Part shown: one piece after another, positions 17,097 through 25,879 of the stretch
Numbering within the stretch: the stretch's first letter is position 1
Layout of the letters: each line of letters begins with the position of its first letter
Assembly: GCA_031413515.1 (NCBI GenBank)
Contig: JANOFF010000015.1
Span: 1,591-65,590 of the forward strand
Source: a bacterium
GTDB taxonomy: Bacteria; Myxococcota_A; UBA9160; UBA4427
Direction of reading: 5' to 3'
DNA length: 64,000 bases
Made by a program: the position numbers and the translations under genes
Notes under the pieces: model-generated
The model's database searches: none
What the model saw: only the letters and a program-made list of their open reading frames with translations
Told to the model about the DNA's origin: nothing

Positions 17097-19034
17097 TCAC
17101 GGTGTGCAGTCCGTCGCGACTTTCTCGGCCGCGGATTCGTGGCCGGCGGATGCCGCCTTCGCGAATTCGCGGCAGGCCTCGTCACGCTTTCCCAGCTCGA
17201 GCAGTGCGCGACCGCGGATCCACGATGCATCGATCCAGTCGGGATACAGGGCGAGCAGTGCGTCCGCTTCGGCGAGCGCGCGCTGCGGCGGGCCGAGGCC
17301 GAGCCGCGCCTCGGCGCGACCGAGCAGCGCGGGTGCATGGTCGGGCGCGAGCGCGAGCGCATTCTCGAAATCCCCGAGCGCGGCCGAGTACCGCCCCGCC
17401 GCGCTCTGGGCCAGACCGCGATTGGACCAGGCGAGCGGCCGGTAGGGGTCGGCTTCGATCACGCGATCGAAGTCGGCGAGGGCACCGCTCGTATCGTGGT
17501 TCGCGAGCCGGATCGCGCCGCGATTCAGATACGCGTCGATCGATGGCTCGAGGATCAGGGCCCGGTCGAGATCGCGGAGACCCTCTTCGATCTGTCCGGC
17601 CTGGAATCGCATCACTCCGCGATGACCCAGCGCCTTCGCGAAGTCCGGATCGAGAGACAGCGCCACGTCGAGATCCGTGAGGGCAGCCGTCAGATCACCG
17701 GCCTCATGATGGGCGAGAGCGCGGTTCAGTCGAGCGACCGGCAGATCGGGGTGACGCGCGAGCGTGTCGTCCCAGAGGTGCAGGCTGTCGCGCCAGACCA
17801 GGCTGCGCTGCCACGTCGCGGTCGCGAGCAGCGCCGAATAGACGACCAGCGCCGCGAGCAGCGGTACCCGGATCGCCGGCCAGCGCGCGAGCAGCGCGGC
17901 GCCCGCCGCAGCGATCGCCAGGAAGAAGCCGACGCTCGGCACGTAGGCATAGCGTTCGGCGACCAGCGCGCCGCCGACCGGAATCCACTGCAACATCAGC
18001 AGCACGTTCAAGGTGAAGAACGCGAGCCCGAACGCGACCGGCGGCGCGCGTCGGTGGATGGCCACCGTGAACCCCTGTACGGCCACGAAGCCGAGCGGTG
18101 CGAGCCAGTAGAGGAGGGGCAGCGCGCCGTCGATGCGATCCGGATACGGGTGGAAGGCCGAGAGACCGAACGGGGCGATCAGCAGGCCGAGATACCGACA
18201 GTAGGCGGCGCTCGACAGGGCCAGCCGCTCGAGCAGGCTCCATTCCGATTCGCCGACCAGTTGCCCCACTGCGCTCTGCGTGACGAGGGTGACGAGACCC
18301 GAGACCACGGCGACCGCCAGGAAGGGCAGTTTCTCGATCACGACGCGCAGTGAGAGGATGCGCCGGTCGAACAGCCCGTCGACGAGCAGCAGGGTGGGGG
18401 CCAGCGTGACGGCCGTTCCCTTCGACAGCAGCGAAGCCACGAACAGGAACAGCGACGCCAGGTACGAAAAGGCCGCGCCGCCGCGGCGAGCGTCCGCGCC
18501 CTGTACGTCACTTAGGCAGCGGAGATAGCGGAGATAGGCGAGCAGCGAGGCCAGATAGAAGAAGCCGTAGAGGACGTCCTTGCGTTCGGAGATCCACGCC
18601 ACGCTCTCGACGTGGATCGGATGCAGGCCGAACAGCAGCGCCACGACGAGTGCCACGCCGCGACGGCGCGTGAGGTGGAGTGCGGCGATCGCGGCCAGTG
18701 CGGTGTTGGCCAGGTGCAGGGCACCATTCACGAAGTGATGCACCGCGACGTTGCCGCCGCCGATCGCCGCATCGAGCCAGAGCGAAAGCATCGTGAGCGG
18801 GTGGTAGTTGGCTTTGAAGGGGGTCTGGAACATCGAGACCACCGCGGCCCAGGTGTACTGACCGAACCACGGATTGCCGAGCACGTAGGCGTCGTCATCC
18901 CAGTTCGTCAGCCCGTTGCTGAAGCTCGGCCCATAGGCGACCGCAGTGACGAGCAGGATGGCGAACAGACCCCACCAGGGCATCGCGTCCGCAACCGGAG
19001 TGCGCGCGCAATCCTCTCGAGGCGCCGCAGACAT
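17097..19034 (-). CDS. TMTC-like membrane glycosyltransferase (putative protein O-mannosyltransferase) with C-terminal TPR repeats
   Basis: WDDDAYV, YHPL, HPIHVESVAWISERKD, LLSKG, AERYAY, multiple TMs, ~6 TPR repeats. Confidence 0.8.
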   Translation of the reverse strand: MSAAPREDCARTPVADAMPWWGLFAILLVTAVAYGPSFSNGLTNWDDDAYVLGNPWFGQYTWAAVVSMFQTPFKANYHPLTMLSLWLDAAIGGGNVAVHHFVNGALHLANTALAAIAALHLTRRRGVALVVALLFGLHPIHVESVAWISERKDVLYGFFYLASLLAYLRYLRCLSDVQGADARRGGAAFSYLASLFLFVASLLSKGTAVTLAPTLLLVDGLFDRRILSLRVVIEKLPFLAVAVVSGLVTLVTQSAVGQLVGESEWSLLERLALSSAAYCRYLGLLIAPFGLSAFHPYPDRIDGALPLLYWLAPLGFVAVQGFTVAIHRRAPPVAFGLAFFTLNVLLMLQWIPVGGALVAERYAYVPSVGFFLAIAAAGAALLARWPAIRVPLLAALVVYSALLATATWQRSLVWRDSLHLWDDTLARHPDLPVARLNRALAHHEAGDLTAALTDLDVALSLDPDFAKALGHRGVMRFQAGQIEEGLRDLDRALILEPSIDAYLNRGAIRLANHDTSGALADFDRVIEADPYRPLAWSNRGLAQSAAGRYSAALGDFENALALAPDHAPALLGRAEARLGLGPPQRALAEADALLALYPDWIDASWIRGRALLELGKRDEACREFAKAASAGHESAAEKVATDCTP

Positions 19035-19037
19035 CGC

Positions 19038-20405
19038 TCAGCCTCCGTCCGCGGTCCGCAGGACCGGGGTCTCGTCCTGCAGCCAGGTCCGTTCGCGGTA
19101 CAGCCGGGCGACCGGAATGAACAACAGCGCGGTGAGCGCCATCGCGGCGGCGAAGAACAGGAAATAGTCGACGCCGGCCAGCGTAGAGTTGCCCGAGTCG
19201 TCCTGGATGAAGACGTTGACGCCGGCGGTGAAGAGGTTGCCGATCGAGACGGACATCAGATTGAGGGCCATGACGATGGACTTGAGGGCGGGCGGTGCCT
19301 GGGTGTAGGAGAACTCGAGCGCGGTGATCGAGATCAGGATCTCGGCAGCGGTCAGGATCGCGTAGGCGAGCAGCTGCCAGGCGATGTTGGGTGTCTCGCC
19401 GGCCGCGATCCAGATCTCGATCTGCGCGTTCAGCAGATAGGCGAACACCGCGATGAACAATCCCGTGCCGATGCGCCGGAGGGGCGTCGGGTCGACGAAG
19501 CGACCCACCCGCGGATACACGACGACGTTGAACAGCGGAATGAAGACCAGGATCAGGATCGGATTCACGGCCTGGATCTGGGACGGCAGCCACGCGATGC
19601 CGGCGAAGTGTCGATCCATCTTCCCGGCCTGCGCGACCCACGACGAACCCGTCTGATCGAACAGTGCCCAGAACACCGCGATGAAGACGAAGATGGAGGA
19701 CAGCCGGAGCAGCGCCGTCCAGCCTTCGCGGTCGCGCAGTTGTTGCAGGAATGCGCGGCCAGCCGGTTCGATATGGACGAATTCATGGCGTCCCGCGTAG
19801 AAGACGACCGTGGCGAGCAACATCAACAGGCCCGGCAGACCGAACGCCACGTGGGGGCCGTGGCGATCGAGCAGGAGCGGCGTGATCAGGGTCGAGACGA
19901 AGGCGCCGAAGTTGATCGCGAAGTAGAACCAGGAGAACACCGGTCGCAGTCGCTGGGCGTTCGAGCGACCGAACTGATCGCCGACATGAGCCGATACACA
20001 GGGCTTGATGCCGCCCGAGCCCAGCGCGATCAGCCCGAGTCCGAGGGCGAGGCCCGCGCGTGTGTCGTCGAGCGCGAGGGCGAGATGGCCGAGGCAGTAG
20101 ACGCCCGAGAGCAACAGGATCGTGCGGTACTTGCCGAGCCAGATGTCCGCGAGCAGCGCGCCGAGCAGGGGCGTTGCATACACCGCCGAACCGAAGAGGT
20201 GATACCACGAATTGGCCTGCGCCTCGGTCATCGGATCGGGCTGTGCAGCGTCGCCCATCAGGTGCTTCGTCATGAAGACGAACAGGATCGCCCGCATCCC
20301 GTAGTAGCTGAAGCGCTCGGCCGCCTCGTTGCCGATGATGTACGGAATGCCGCGCGGCAGATCGGAGGTCTGTCGCGGCGCGTTGAGGTAGGGGCGATGC
20401 GGCAT
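19038..20405 (-). CDS. POT/PTR family proton-dependent oligopeptide transporter
   Basis: EAAERFSYYGMR (ExxERFxYY), GSGGIKPCVSA, FYFAINFG, EFSYTQAP. Confidence 0.92.
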   Translation of the reverse strand: MPHRPYLNAPRQTSDLPRGIPYIIGNEAAERFSYYGMRAILFVFMTKHLMGDAAQPDPMTEAQANSWYHLFGSAVYATPLLGALLADIWLGKYRTILLLSGVYCLGHLALALDDTRAGLALGLGLIALGSGGIKPCVSAHVGDQFGRSNAQRLRPVFSWFYFAINFGAFVSTLITPLLLDRHGPHVAFGLPGLLMLLATVVFYAGRHEFVHIEPAGRAFLQQLRDREGWTALLRLSSIFVFIAVFWALFDQTGSSWVAQAGKMDRHFAGIAWLPSQIQAVNPILILVFIPLFNVVVYPRVGRFVDPTPLRRIGTGLFIAVFAYLLNAQIEIWIAAGETPNIAWQLLAYAILTAAEILISITALEFSYTQAPPALKSIVMALNLMSVSIGNLFTAGVNVFIQDDSGNSTLAGVDYFLFFAAAMALTALLFIPVARLYRERTWLQDETPVLRTADGG

Positions 20406-20443
20406 CTTGGGCGTTTGTGTCGGCGTCCGGGTCGCTGCCGACG

Positions 20444-21235
20444 CTATCCGAGCCCGGGCATCTCGAAGGGCCAGTTGGTCGTCTCGGTGCCCCCGTCGAT
20501 CTCGAAGATCTTGCCCGTCACCCAGCTCGAGGCCGGTGACGCCAGATAGAGCGCCGCGAGCGCGATGTCGTCGACCTCACCGAGGCGTCGCATCGGGGTC
20601 AGGGCCGCCATCTTCGAGCGGGTCGCCTCGTCGAGGAAGGGCAGCAGCGCGCTGGTCGCCACCGAACCGACTGCGATCGCGTTGACGCGGACTCGCGGTG
20701 CGAACTCCTGCCCGAGACTCCGGGTCAGCGACGAGAGCGCCGCCTTGGCGGTCCCGTATGCGGCGAATCCCTTCTGCGCGAGTCGCCCGGCCGCAGACGA
20801 GATGTTCACCACCGCGCCTCCGTCGTTCTTCAGCATCAGCGGCACCACGCGCCGGGTCAGCGAGAAGGCGGTCGTCACGTTGAAGTGGAATGCCTTGTCG
20901 AACATCTCGTCGCTGGTCTCGAGAGCCGGTCTCGGCGGGGATCCTCCGGCGTTGTTGATGAGGATGTCGATGCGACCGAAGCGATCCATCGCGCGGGCCA
21001 CCAGCGCATCGAGCTGCGCCTTGTCGGCCACGTCACACGGAACGGCGAGCGCTTCGACTCCGAGCTTCTTCGCCGCTGCGGCCGTGTCGTCGATCTGCGC
21101 CTGGGTGCGTGCCGAGCAGACCACGTGGGCACCCGCCTCGGCGAAGCCCAGCGCGCAACCGCGGCCGATGCCCCGCCCGGCGCCCGTCACCACCACCGCC
21201 ACCCGGCCATCCAGCCGGAATCGTTCCATCAACAT
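20444..21235 (-). CDS. SDR oxidoreductase, 7-alpha-hydroxysteroid dehydrogenase-like
   Basis: TGAGRGIG, NNAGG, YGTAK, RVNAIAVG, EIDGG. Confidence 0.85.
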   Translation of the reverse strand: MLMERFRLDGRVAVVVTGAGRGIGRGCALGFAEAGAHVVCSARTQAQIDDTAAAAKKLGVEALAVPCDVADKAQLDALVARAMDRFGRIDILINNAGGSPPRPALETSDEMFDKAFHFNVTTAFSLTRRVVPLMLKNDGGAVVNISSAAGRLAQKGFAAYGTAKAALSSLTRSLGQEFAPRVRVNAIAVGSVATSALLPFLDEATRSKMAALTPMRRLGEVDDIALAALYLASPASSWVTGKIFEIDGGTETTNWPFEMPGLG

Positions 21236-21332
21236 GTCGCCGCCTCCCCGTGCAGGTGAAGGGATCGTGTGGTCCGACCCCGAGCGCGTGCGAGATTAAC
21301 AGAGCAGCGCTGCTCTTCGGCGGGGATCCGGG

Positions 21333-22862
21333 TCAGCGCTCCGGATCGGGTTCGGTCGCGGGTGCGATCGGTTTCGGGGGCTGGCGCGGCGGTCCGTCGG
21401 CGACTCGCGTCGCCAGGGTGCGGATCATGCGTACGGCGACCGACGAGTTGCAGGTGACGAGCTGCTCGAGTTCGGCCTCGTTGAAGATGCAGGCCCAGAC
21501 GGTCCCCCGCGCTCGCATGCGCACCTGTCGCGGTGCGCCGGTCAGCGTCGAGATCGCGCCCATCAAGGTGCCCTCGCGTTTCTCCACGTCGATCACGCGA
21601 CCCGCGCGCTCGATCTCGATGCAGCCCTGGATCAGCAGGAAGGTGTGGTGCGCCGTTTCACCGCGGTCCGACAGCACTTCGCCATCGTTGAACTTCACGA
21701 AGTAGCGATCGAAGCCGGGCGCCCGGCAGATCGATGCCCAGAGCGGATCGACGAGGGATTCGATCACGGCCCGGATCTCTTCGGGATCGGCGTGTTGTCG
21801 GCGCGATGCGGCGACCGTCTGGGCGTCGAGTCCGAATCCACTCGCGATTGCGCGGATCTGCGTCAGCACTTCACCGGTGCCGCCGGGCCGCCGCGAGGGA
21901 TCGATGTACAGCATGCCCATCACGACTTCTTCGAGGGGCGGCGGGCAATTGATCTTCACGTCGGACAGGCGCGCCAGTCCGAAGATGTTTCCGTCCTCCT
22001 GGCGTCGCAGCACGTCGGCGCGGCGGTTCAGGTCGATGCCGGTGTAGAGCGCCCAGGCGGTGGCGCCCACGCCCCAGAGATCCGTCCGCAGATCGAAGGC
22101 CTGCACGGCGCGGCTGTCCTGTTCGGGGGCGCGATAGCCGTGGGTACCGAGCCCGACGGCGATCTGTCCCTGGTGGAGCAGGCCGCGGGACATGCGCGAG
22201 GCGTGGCTGACACCGAAGTCGGTCAGCACGTAGCCGCCTCGACCATCGAGCAGGACGTTCGAAGGTTTGACGTCGAGGTGCAGGATCGACGCGCGGTGCG
22301 CGGCATTCAACGCGGACAGCAGGTCCGACATCAGGCGCCAGGTCTGTTCCTCCTCGAGCTGCCCGATCAGCGGCCAGGCATCGGCGAGACTGCCACCCGG
22401 ATAGTGGTCGACGACCGAGAACGCGATCTCTCCGTCGAGGCACCAGTCGTGCAGGCGTGGAATGTTCGGCGCGCGGATCGCGAGCAGTGCGGCCAGTTCG
22501 CGCTTGAGTGAACTCTGGGCCTGACGGTCCCGCGTCCTGCCGAGGACTTTGACGGCAACGTGGGCGGGCGGCACGTCGGTCTTGCGCGCGGGTCCGATCG
22601 CCGAGGCCTGCAGACACTCGGCGAGATAGACCGAACCGAACCCCCCGGCACCGAGTCGCTTCTCGAGGCGGTAGGTGAATCGGCCCTGGACGATGTCGCC
22701 GACGCCGGGCTCGCCCCCCCCGACGGTCGGGGTGTGTGCCAGGGTCTTGCGATCGTCCGACCCCGCCTGGATCGGCTCATCGGCGGTCGGGGTTCCGTCG
22801 CGTGCGATCCTGCCACGCCGATCGTGGCGGGTTCTTCGACGATCTCCCCCGCGATCGCCCAC
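21333..22862 (-). CDS. Hanks-type Ser/Thr protein kinase with C-terminal cyclic-nucleotide-binding domain
   Basis: LGAGGFGSVY, VAVK, HLDVKPSN, DFG, APE, DLWGVG; C-terminal GEVLSDRGE...LLIQGCIEI...GAISTLTGAPR cNMP-like; start uncertain. Confidence 0.85.
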   Translation of the reverse strand: MGDRGGDRRRTRHDRRGRIARDGTPTADEPIQAGSDDRKTLAHTPTVGGGEPGVGDIVQGRFTYRLEKRLGAGGFGSVYLAECLQASAIGPARKTDVPPAHVAVKVLGRTRDRQAQSSLKRELAALLAIRAPNIPRLHDWCLDGEIAFSVVDHYPGGSLADAWPLIGQLEEEQTWRLMSDLLSALNAAHRASILHLDVKPSNVLLDGRGGYVLTDFGVSHASRMSRGLLHQGQIAVGLGTHGYRAPEQDSRAVQAFDLRTDLWGVGATAWALYTGIDLNRRADVLRRQEDGNIFGLARLSDVKINCPPPLEEVVMGMLYIDPSRRPGGTGEVLTQIRAIASGFGLDAQTVAASRRQHADPEEIRAVIESLVDPLWASICRAPGFDRYFVKFNDGEVLSDRGETAHHTFLLIQGCIEIERAGRVIDVEKREGTLMGAISTLTGAPRQVRMRARGTVWACIFNEAELEQLVTCNSSVAVRMIRTLATRVADGPPRQPPKPIAPATEPDPER

Positions 22863-23073
22863 TTCGTTCCCCTCCAGATGACCGCACGACGGCTATGCAG
22901 ACTCGCCGCATCCCGCGAAACGCGACGGGACGGACGTCGAGCCTTCATCGGCCGTCTGCGCGACGAATCGGAGGGGAATTGCACCGGTACGCAGGGGGGA
23001 GGAAACGCTCGCCCGAGTCGAAGCCGATCACACGGAGCAAGGTTGGAGATGCCTGCTGGGGCCTGGCTTCGAT

Positions 23074-23400
23074 TCAGCGGTGCGGGGTGCCGGAGCCGGA
23101 CTCGCTGGCCTCGCGCTCGGCCTTCTCTTCCCGCCACTCGGCGATGCCCTTGTAGCCGAACCAGGCGGTCAGGAGGGTGAGCACCCCGAATCCGTAGCGA
23201 TTGAAATCGAGATGCTCCTGCATGTCGGGATCCTGATTGATCCAGCCGTCGTAGCCGAACCACAGCATCCCGGCGAACAGCAGCGCGGGCAGGAACAGCG
23301 GATGATCGAAAGGTGTCGGCGGCGGGCCCCGTCGCGCGCTGTCGGAGCCTTCCGCGTCGGATGCCTCGGGATCGGAGTCGCTCTGCTTCGGATCGCTCAT
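23074..23400 (-). CDS. Small two-TM membrane protein, hypothetical
   Basis: Two hydrophobic segments; ATG 23400 lies 7 nt after TTGAGT-N18-TATGGT (leaderless-like). Confidence 0.65.
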   Translation of the reverse strand: MSDPKQSDSDPEASDAEGSDSARRGPPPTPFDHPLFLPALLFAGMLWFGYDGWINQDPDMQEHLDFNRYGFGVLTLLTAWFGYKGIAEWREEKAEREASESGSGTPHR

Positions 23401-23485
23401 CTCGAACACCATAGCGTCTGGGTCGCGACCGACTCAAGCATCCGCTGCCGTTGACCGTGTTCCCGCCCGACGCGATGGTTCCGCG

Positions 23486-23971
23486 GTGACTGGAACAGGC
23501 GAGCGGATCAGTGCGTACATCACACCCGAAGGTTTCGCGCGGCTGCGCGACGAGCACGCTCATCTGTGGCGGGTCGAGCGCCCGAAGGTGACCGAGCAGG
23601 TGTCCGTCGCGGCGGCGCTCGGAGACCGCTCCGAAAATGCCGAGTACATCTATGGCAAAAAGCGCCTGCGTGAGATCGACCGGCGTGTGCGCTTTCTCGC
23701 CAGGCGGATCGAGGAGCTGACCGTCGTCGAGCCCGATCCGGATCGGCCCCGCGATCGGGTCTACTTCGGGGACTGGGTGACCCTCGAAGACGGGGACGGA
23801 AATGCGCTGCGCTACCGGATCGTCGGACCCGACGAATCCGATCCCGCGCGCGGGTTGATCAGCATGGATTCGCCCGTCGGTCGTGGCCTGATCGGCAAGC
23901 GCGTGGGCGACGAGGTCGAGGTACGGCGCCCGAAGGGCATCGCCGCGTACGTGATCCTCGAGATCGCCTAG
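23486..23971 (+). CDS. greB: Transcription elongation factor GreB
   Basis: YITPEG, LWRVERP, AAALGDRSENAEYIYGKKRLREIDRRVRFL, ISMDSPVG. Confidence 0.93.
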   Translation: MTGTGERISAYITPEGFARLRDEHAHLWRVERPKVTEQVSVAAALGDRSENAEYIYGKKRLREIDRRVRFLARRIEELTVVEPDPDRPRDRVYFGDWVTLEDGDGNALRYRIVGPDESDPARGLISMDSPVGRGLIGKRVGDEVEVRRPKGIAAYVILEIA

Positions 23972-24027
23972 CGGTTCGCGGCGCCGGTGTTCTTCAGAAG
24001 CCGCCGTCGCCGGTCGATGACGAGGGC

Positions 24028-24993
24028 ATGGGGATGGACCTGCTCGCGATCACGATCCTGGGACTGTTCGCGGCGTTCGGTGCCTGGCGTGGCGTGGTCG
24101 CCACCGGTGCAGGTGTCGTGACGCTGGTCGTCGCGTACGCGTCCGCGGTCTTCGGGGCGGCGGTCTTCGGCGACGGGGTCGGGGCGGAGCTCGGCCGGGG
24201 CTCGATGCTCGGTCCGGTGGTCGCGGGCTCGGGGATTTTCGCGCTCGTCCTTCTGGTGTTCGGGATCCTCTCGAAGATTCTCCGCCGCTGGGACCGCGGA
24301 CGTCTCGGCGACGAACCGCGCACGGCCTGCGACCGACTGGGCGGTGCTTGCTTCGGATTGCTGCGGGGTTCGCTCGTCGTGCTTCTGCTCTCGGTCCTGC
24401 TGACCTGGCTCGATGCGGCCCGCGACATGGGGATCCTCCAGGGTTTCGACAATCTGCCGGAGACCGAACACTCGCAGTTCGGCGAGGCGACGAGTCGCGT
24501 GATCGAGAGCGCGGTCGCTGCGGCGAGCCCCGCCGACGAGGCGTCATCCGGCGCCCGGATGATGGCCCGCGTGGCCGCCCGCCCGGGCGTGACACTGGCG
24601 AGCTTCAAGGCGTTGATCGAAGATCCGCGCATCCAGTCGGTCCAGAGCGACCGGCTCTTCTGGGTGCTGGTCGAGAGCGGCGCCGGCGAGCGCGCCATCA
24701 ATCAAGCGAGCGTCTACTCGATCGTGCATGACGAAGAGATGCGGAAGCAGTTCGCGGATCTGGGCCTGGTGCCGCCCGAAGCAGCCGCGGATCCCGAGGT
24801 ATTCCGGCGCACCATGGCGGCGACCCTGGACGAAGTCGGCCCGATGATCGCGACGTTGCGCAGTGATCCCGAACTGGCCCGCCTCGCCACGGATCCCGAG
24901 ATCCAGGCGCTGGTCGAGTCGGGCAACACGATCGGCCTGGTGACGCGACCCGAGATCCAGCGCATCGTCGCGCGCGTCACCGCCGGGCGCTGA
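24028..24993 (+). CDS. CvpA (colicin V production) family membrane protein with long C-terminal extension
   Basis: MDLLAITIL...GAWRG, four TMs, DRLGGACFGLLRG motif. Confidence 0.75.
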   Translation: MGMDLLAITILGLFAAFGAWRGVVATGAGVVTLVVAYASAVFGAAVFGDGVGAELGRGSMLGPVVAGSGIFALVLLVFGILSKILRRWDRGRLGDEPRTACDRLGGACFGLLRGSLVVLLLSVLLTWLDAARDMGILQGFDNLPETEHSQFGEATSRVIESAVAAASPADEASSGARMMARVAARPGVTLASFKALIEDPRIQSVQSDRLFWVLVESGAGERAINQASVYSIVHDEEMRKQFADLGLVPPEAAADPEVFRRTMAATLDEVGPMIATLRSDPELARLATDPEIQALVESGNTIGLVTRPEIQRIVARVTAGR

Positions 24994-25023
24994 ACTCCGG
25001 CGGTCGACGAGCCCGCACAGGCG

Positions 25024-25701
25024 TCAAGCTTCGAGGCCGGGCAGGCGGCGCTGCCGGGTCGACTCCTCGGGCATGACCAGCCCGCCCGACATGATCACCT
25101 TGAAGGCGTTTTCGATACTCATGTCGATCTCGCGCACTTCGGCCTCGGGGACGAGCAGATAGAAGCCGGATGTCGGGTTCGGAGTCGTCGGGATGAAACA
25201 GCTGATCATCTCGGTGCCACTGAACGCCTCGCGGAGCGGACCGCGGACCGGTCCGGTGACGAACGCGATGCCCCACATGCCGACTCTCGGATACTCGACG
25301 AGCACCACGCGGTTGAAGCTCGACTGGGCGTCCGATGACGCCAGGATCGCTTCGACCAGTTGCTTGACGCCCTGGTAGATGCTGCGCGCGATCGGCACGC
25401 GCGCGACCAATCGCTCGCCGATGCGCACGATCTCGTGGCCGAACAGATGCCGGACGATCACGCCGACGAGCAGGATCACGACGAACGTGAAGACCGCGCC
25501 GACCAGCGGCGGCAGATCGGGCTGCTCGGGCAATGACGGGAAGAACCAGCGGATCACCGTCGGCAGGAGCAGGTTGTCGAGGCGCCGGACGATGAAGGCG
25601 AGGGTCCAGAGCGTGACGCCGATCGGCACGAAGGCCAGCAGCCCCGCGACGAAGTAGTGGCGGATCGCCGCGCGGAAGGCCTTCCAGAATCGCTTCTTCA
25701 T
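25024..25701 (-). CDS. DUF502 family membrane protein
   Basis: YFVAGLLAFVPIGVT, RVPIARSIYQGVKQ, VLVEYPR, FIPTTPNPTSGF, AFKVIMSGG. Confidence 0.9.
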   Translation of the reverse strand: MKKRFWKAFRAAIRHYFVAGLLAFVPIGVTLWTLAFIVRRLDNLLLPTVIRWFFPSLPEQPDLPPLVGAVFTFVVILLVGVIVRHLFGHEIVRIGERLVARVPIARSIYQGVKQLVEAILASSDAQSSFNRVVLVEYPRVGMWGIAFVTGPVRGPLREAFSGTEMISCFIPTTPNPTSGFYLLVPEAEVREIDMSIENAFKVIMSGGLVMPEESTRQRRLPGLEA

Positions 25702-25713
25702 GATCGTTTTTTT

Positions 25714-25767
25714 CCGCCGGTGCCGCCGGTCCTACTGGTTCCACCGGTCCCGCTGGTCCCGCTGGTC
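25714..25767. repeat. Six tandem degenerate 9-bp repeats next to a T7/A7 homopolymer
   Basis: ccgccggtg ccgccggtc ctactggtt ccaccggtc ccgctggtc ccgctggtc; T run at 25707-25713. Confidence 0.75.
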
Positions 25768-25879
25768 CCATAAGTGTGGATCGGACCGGTGACCGCCGTG
25801 TCTTTAGCGCGGAATCGGTGCGTCACGTAATCGACGCAACCGCGTCGCGATCGGGCCATTCGCTGCGGCGGCTGCTCGC

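Noticed and set aside
11262-21235. Steroid-degradation cluster suggested by two hydroxysteroid-dehydrogenase-like SDRs
   Set aside because: The genes are about 8 kb apart with unrelated genes between them, and SDR substrate cannot be assigned from motifs.
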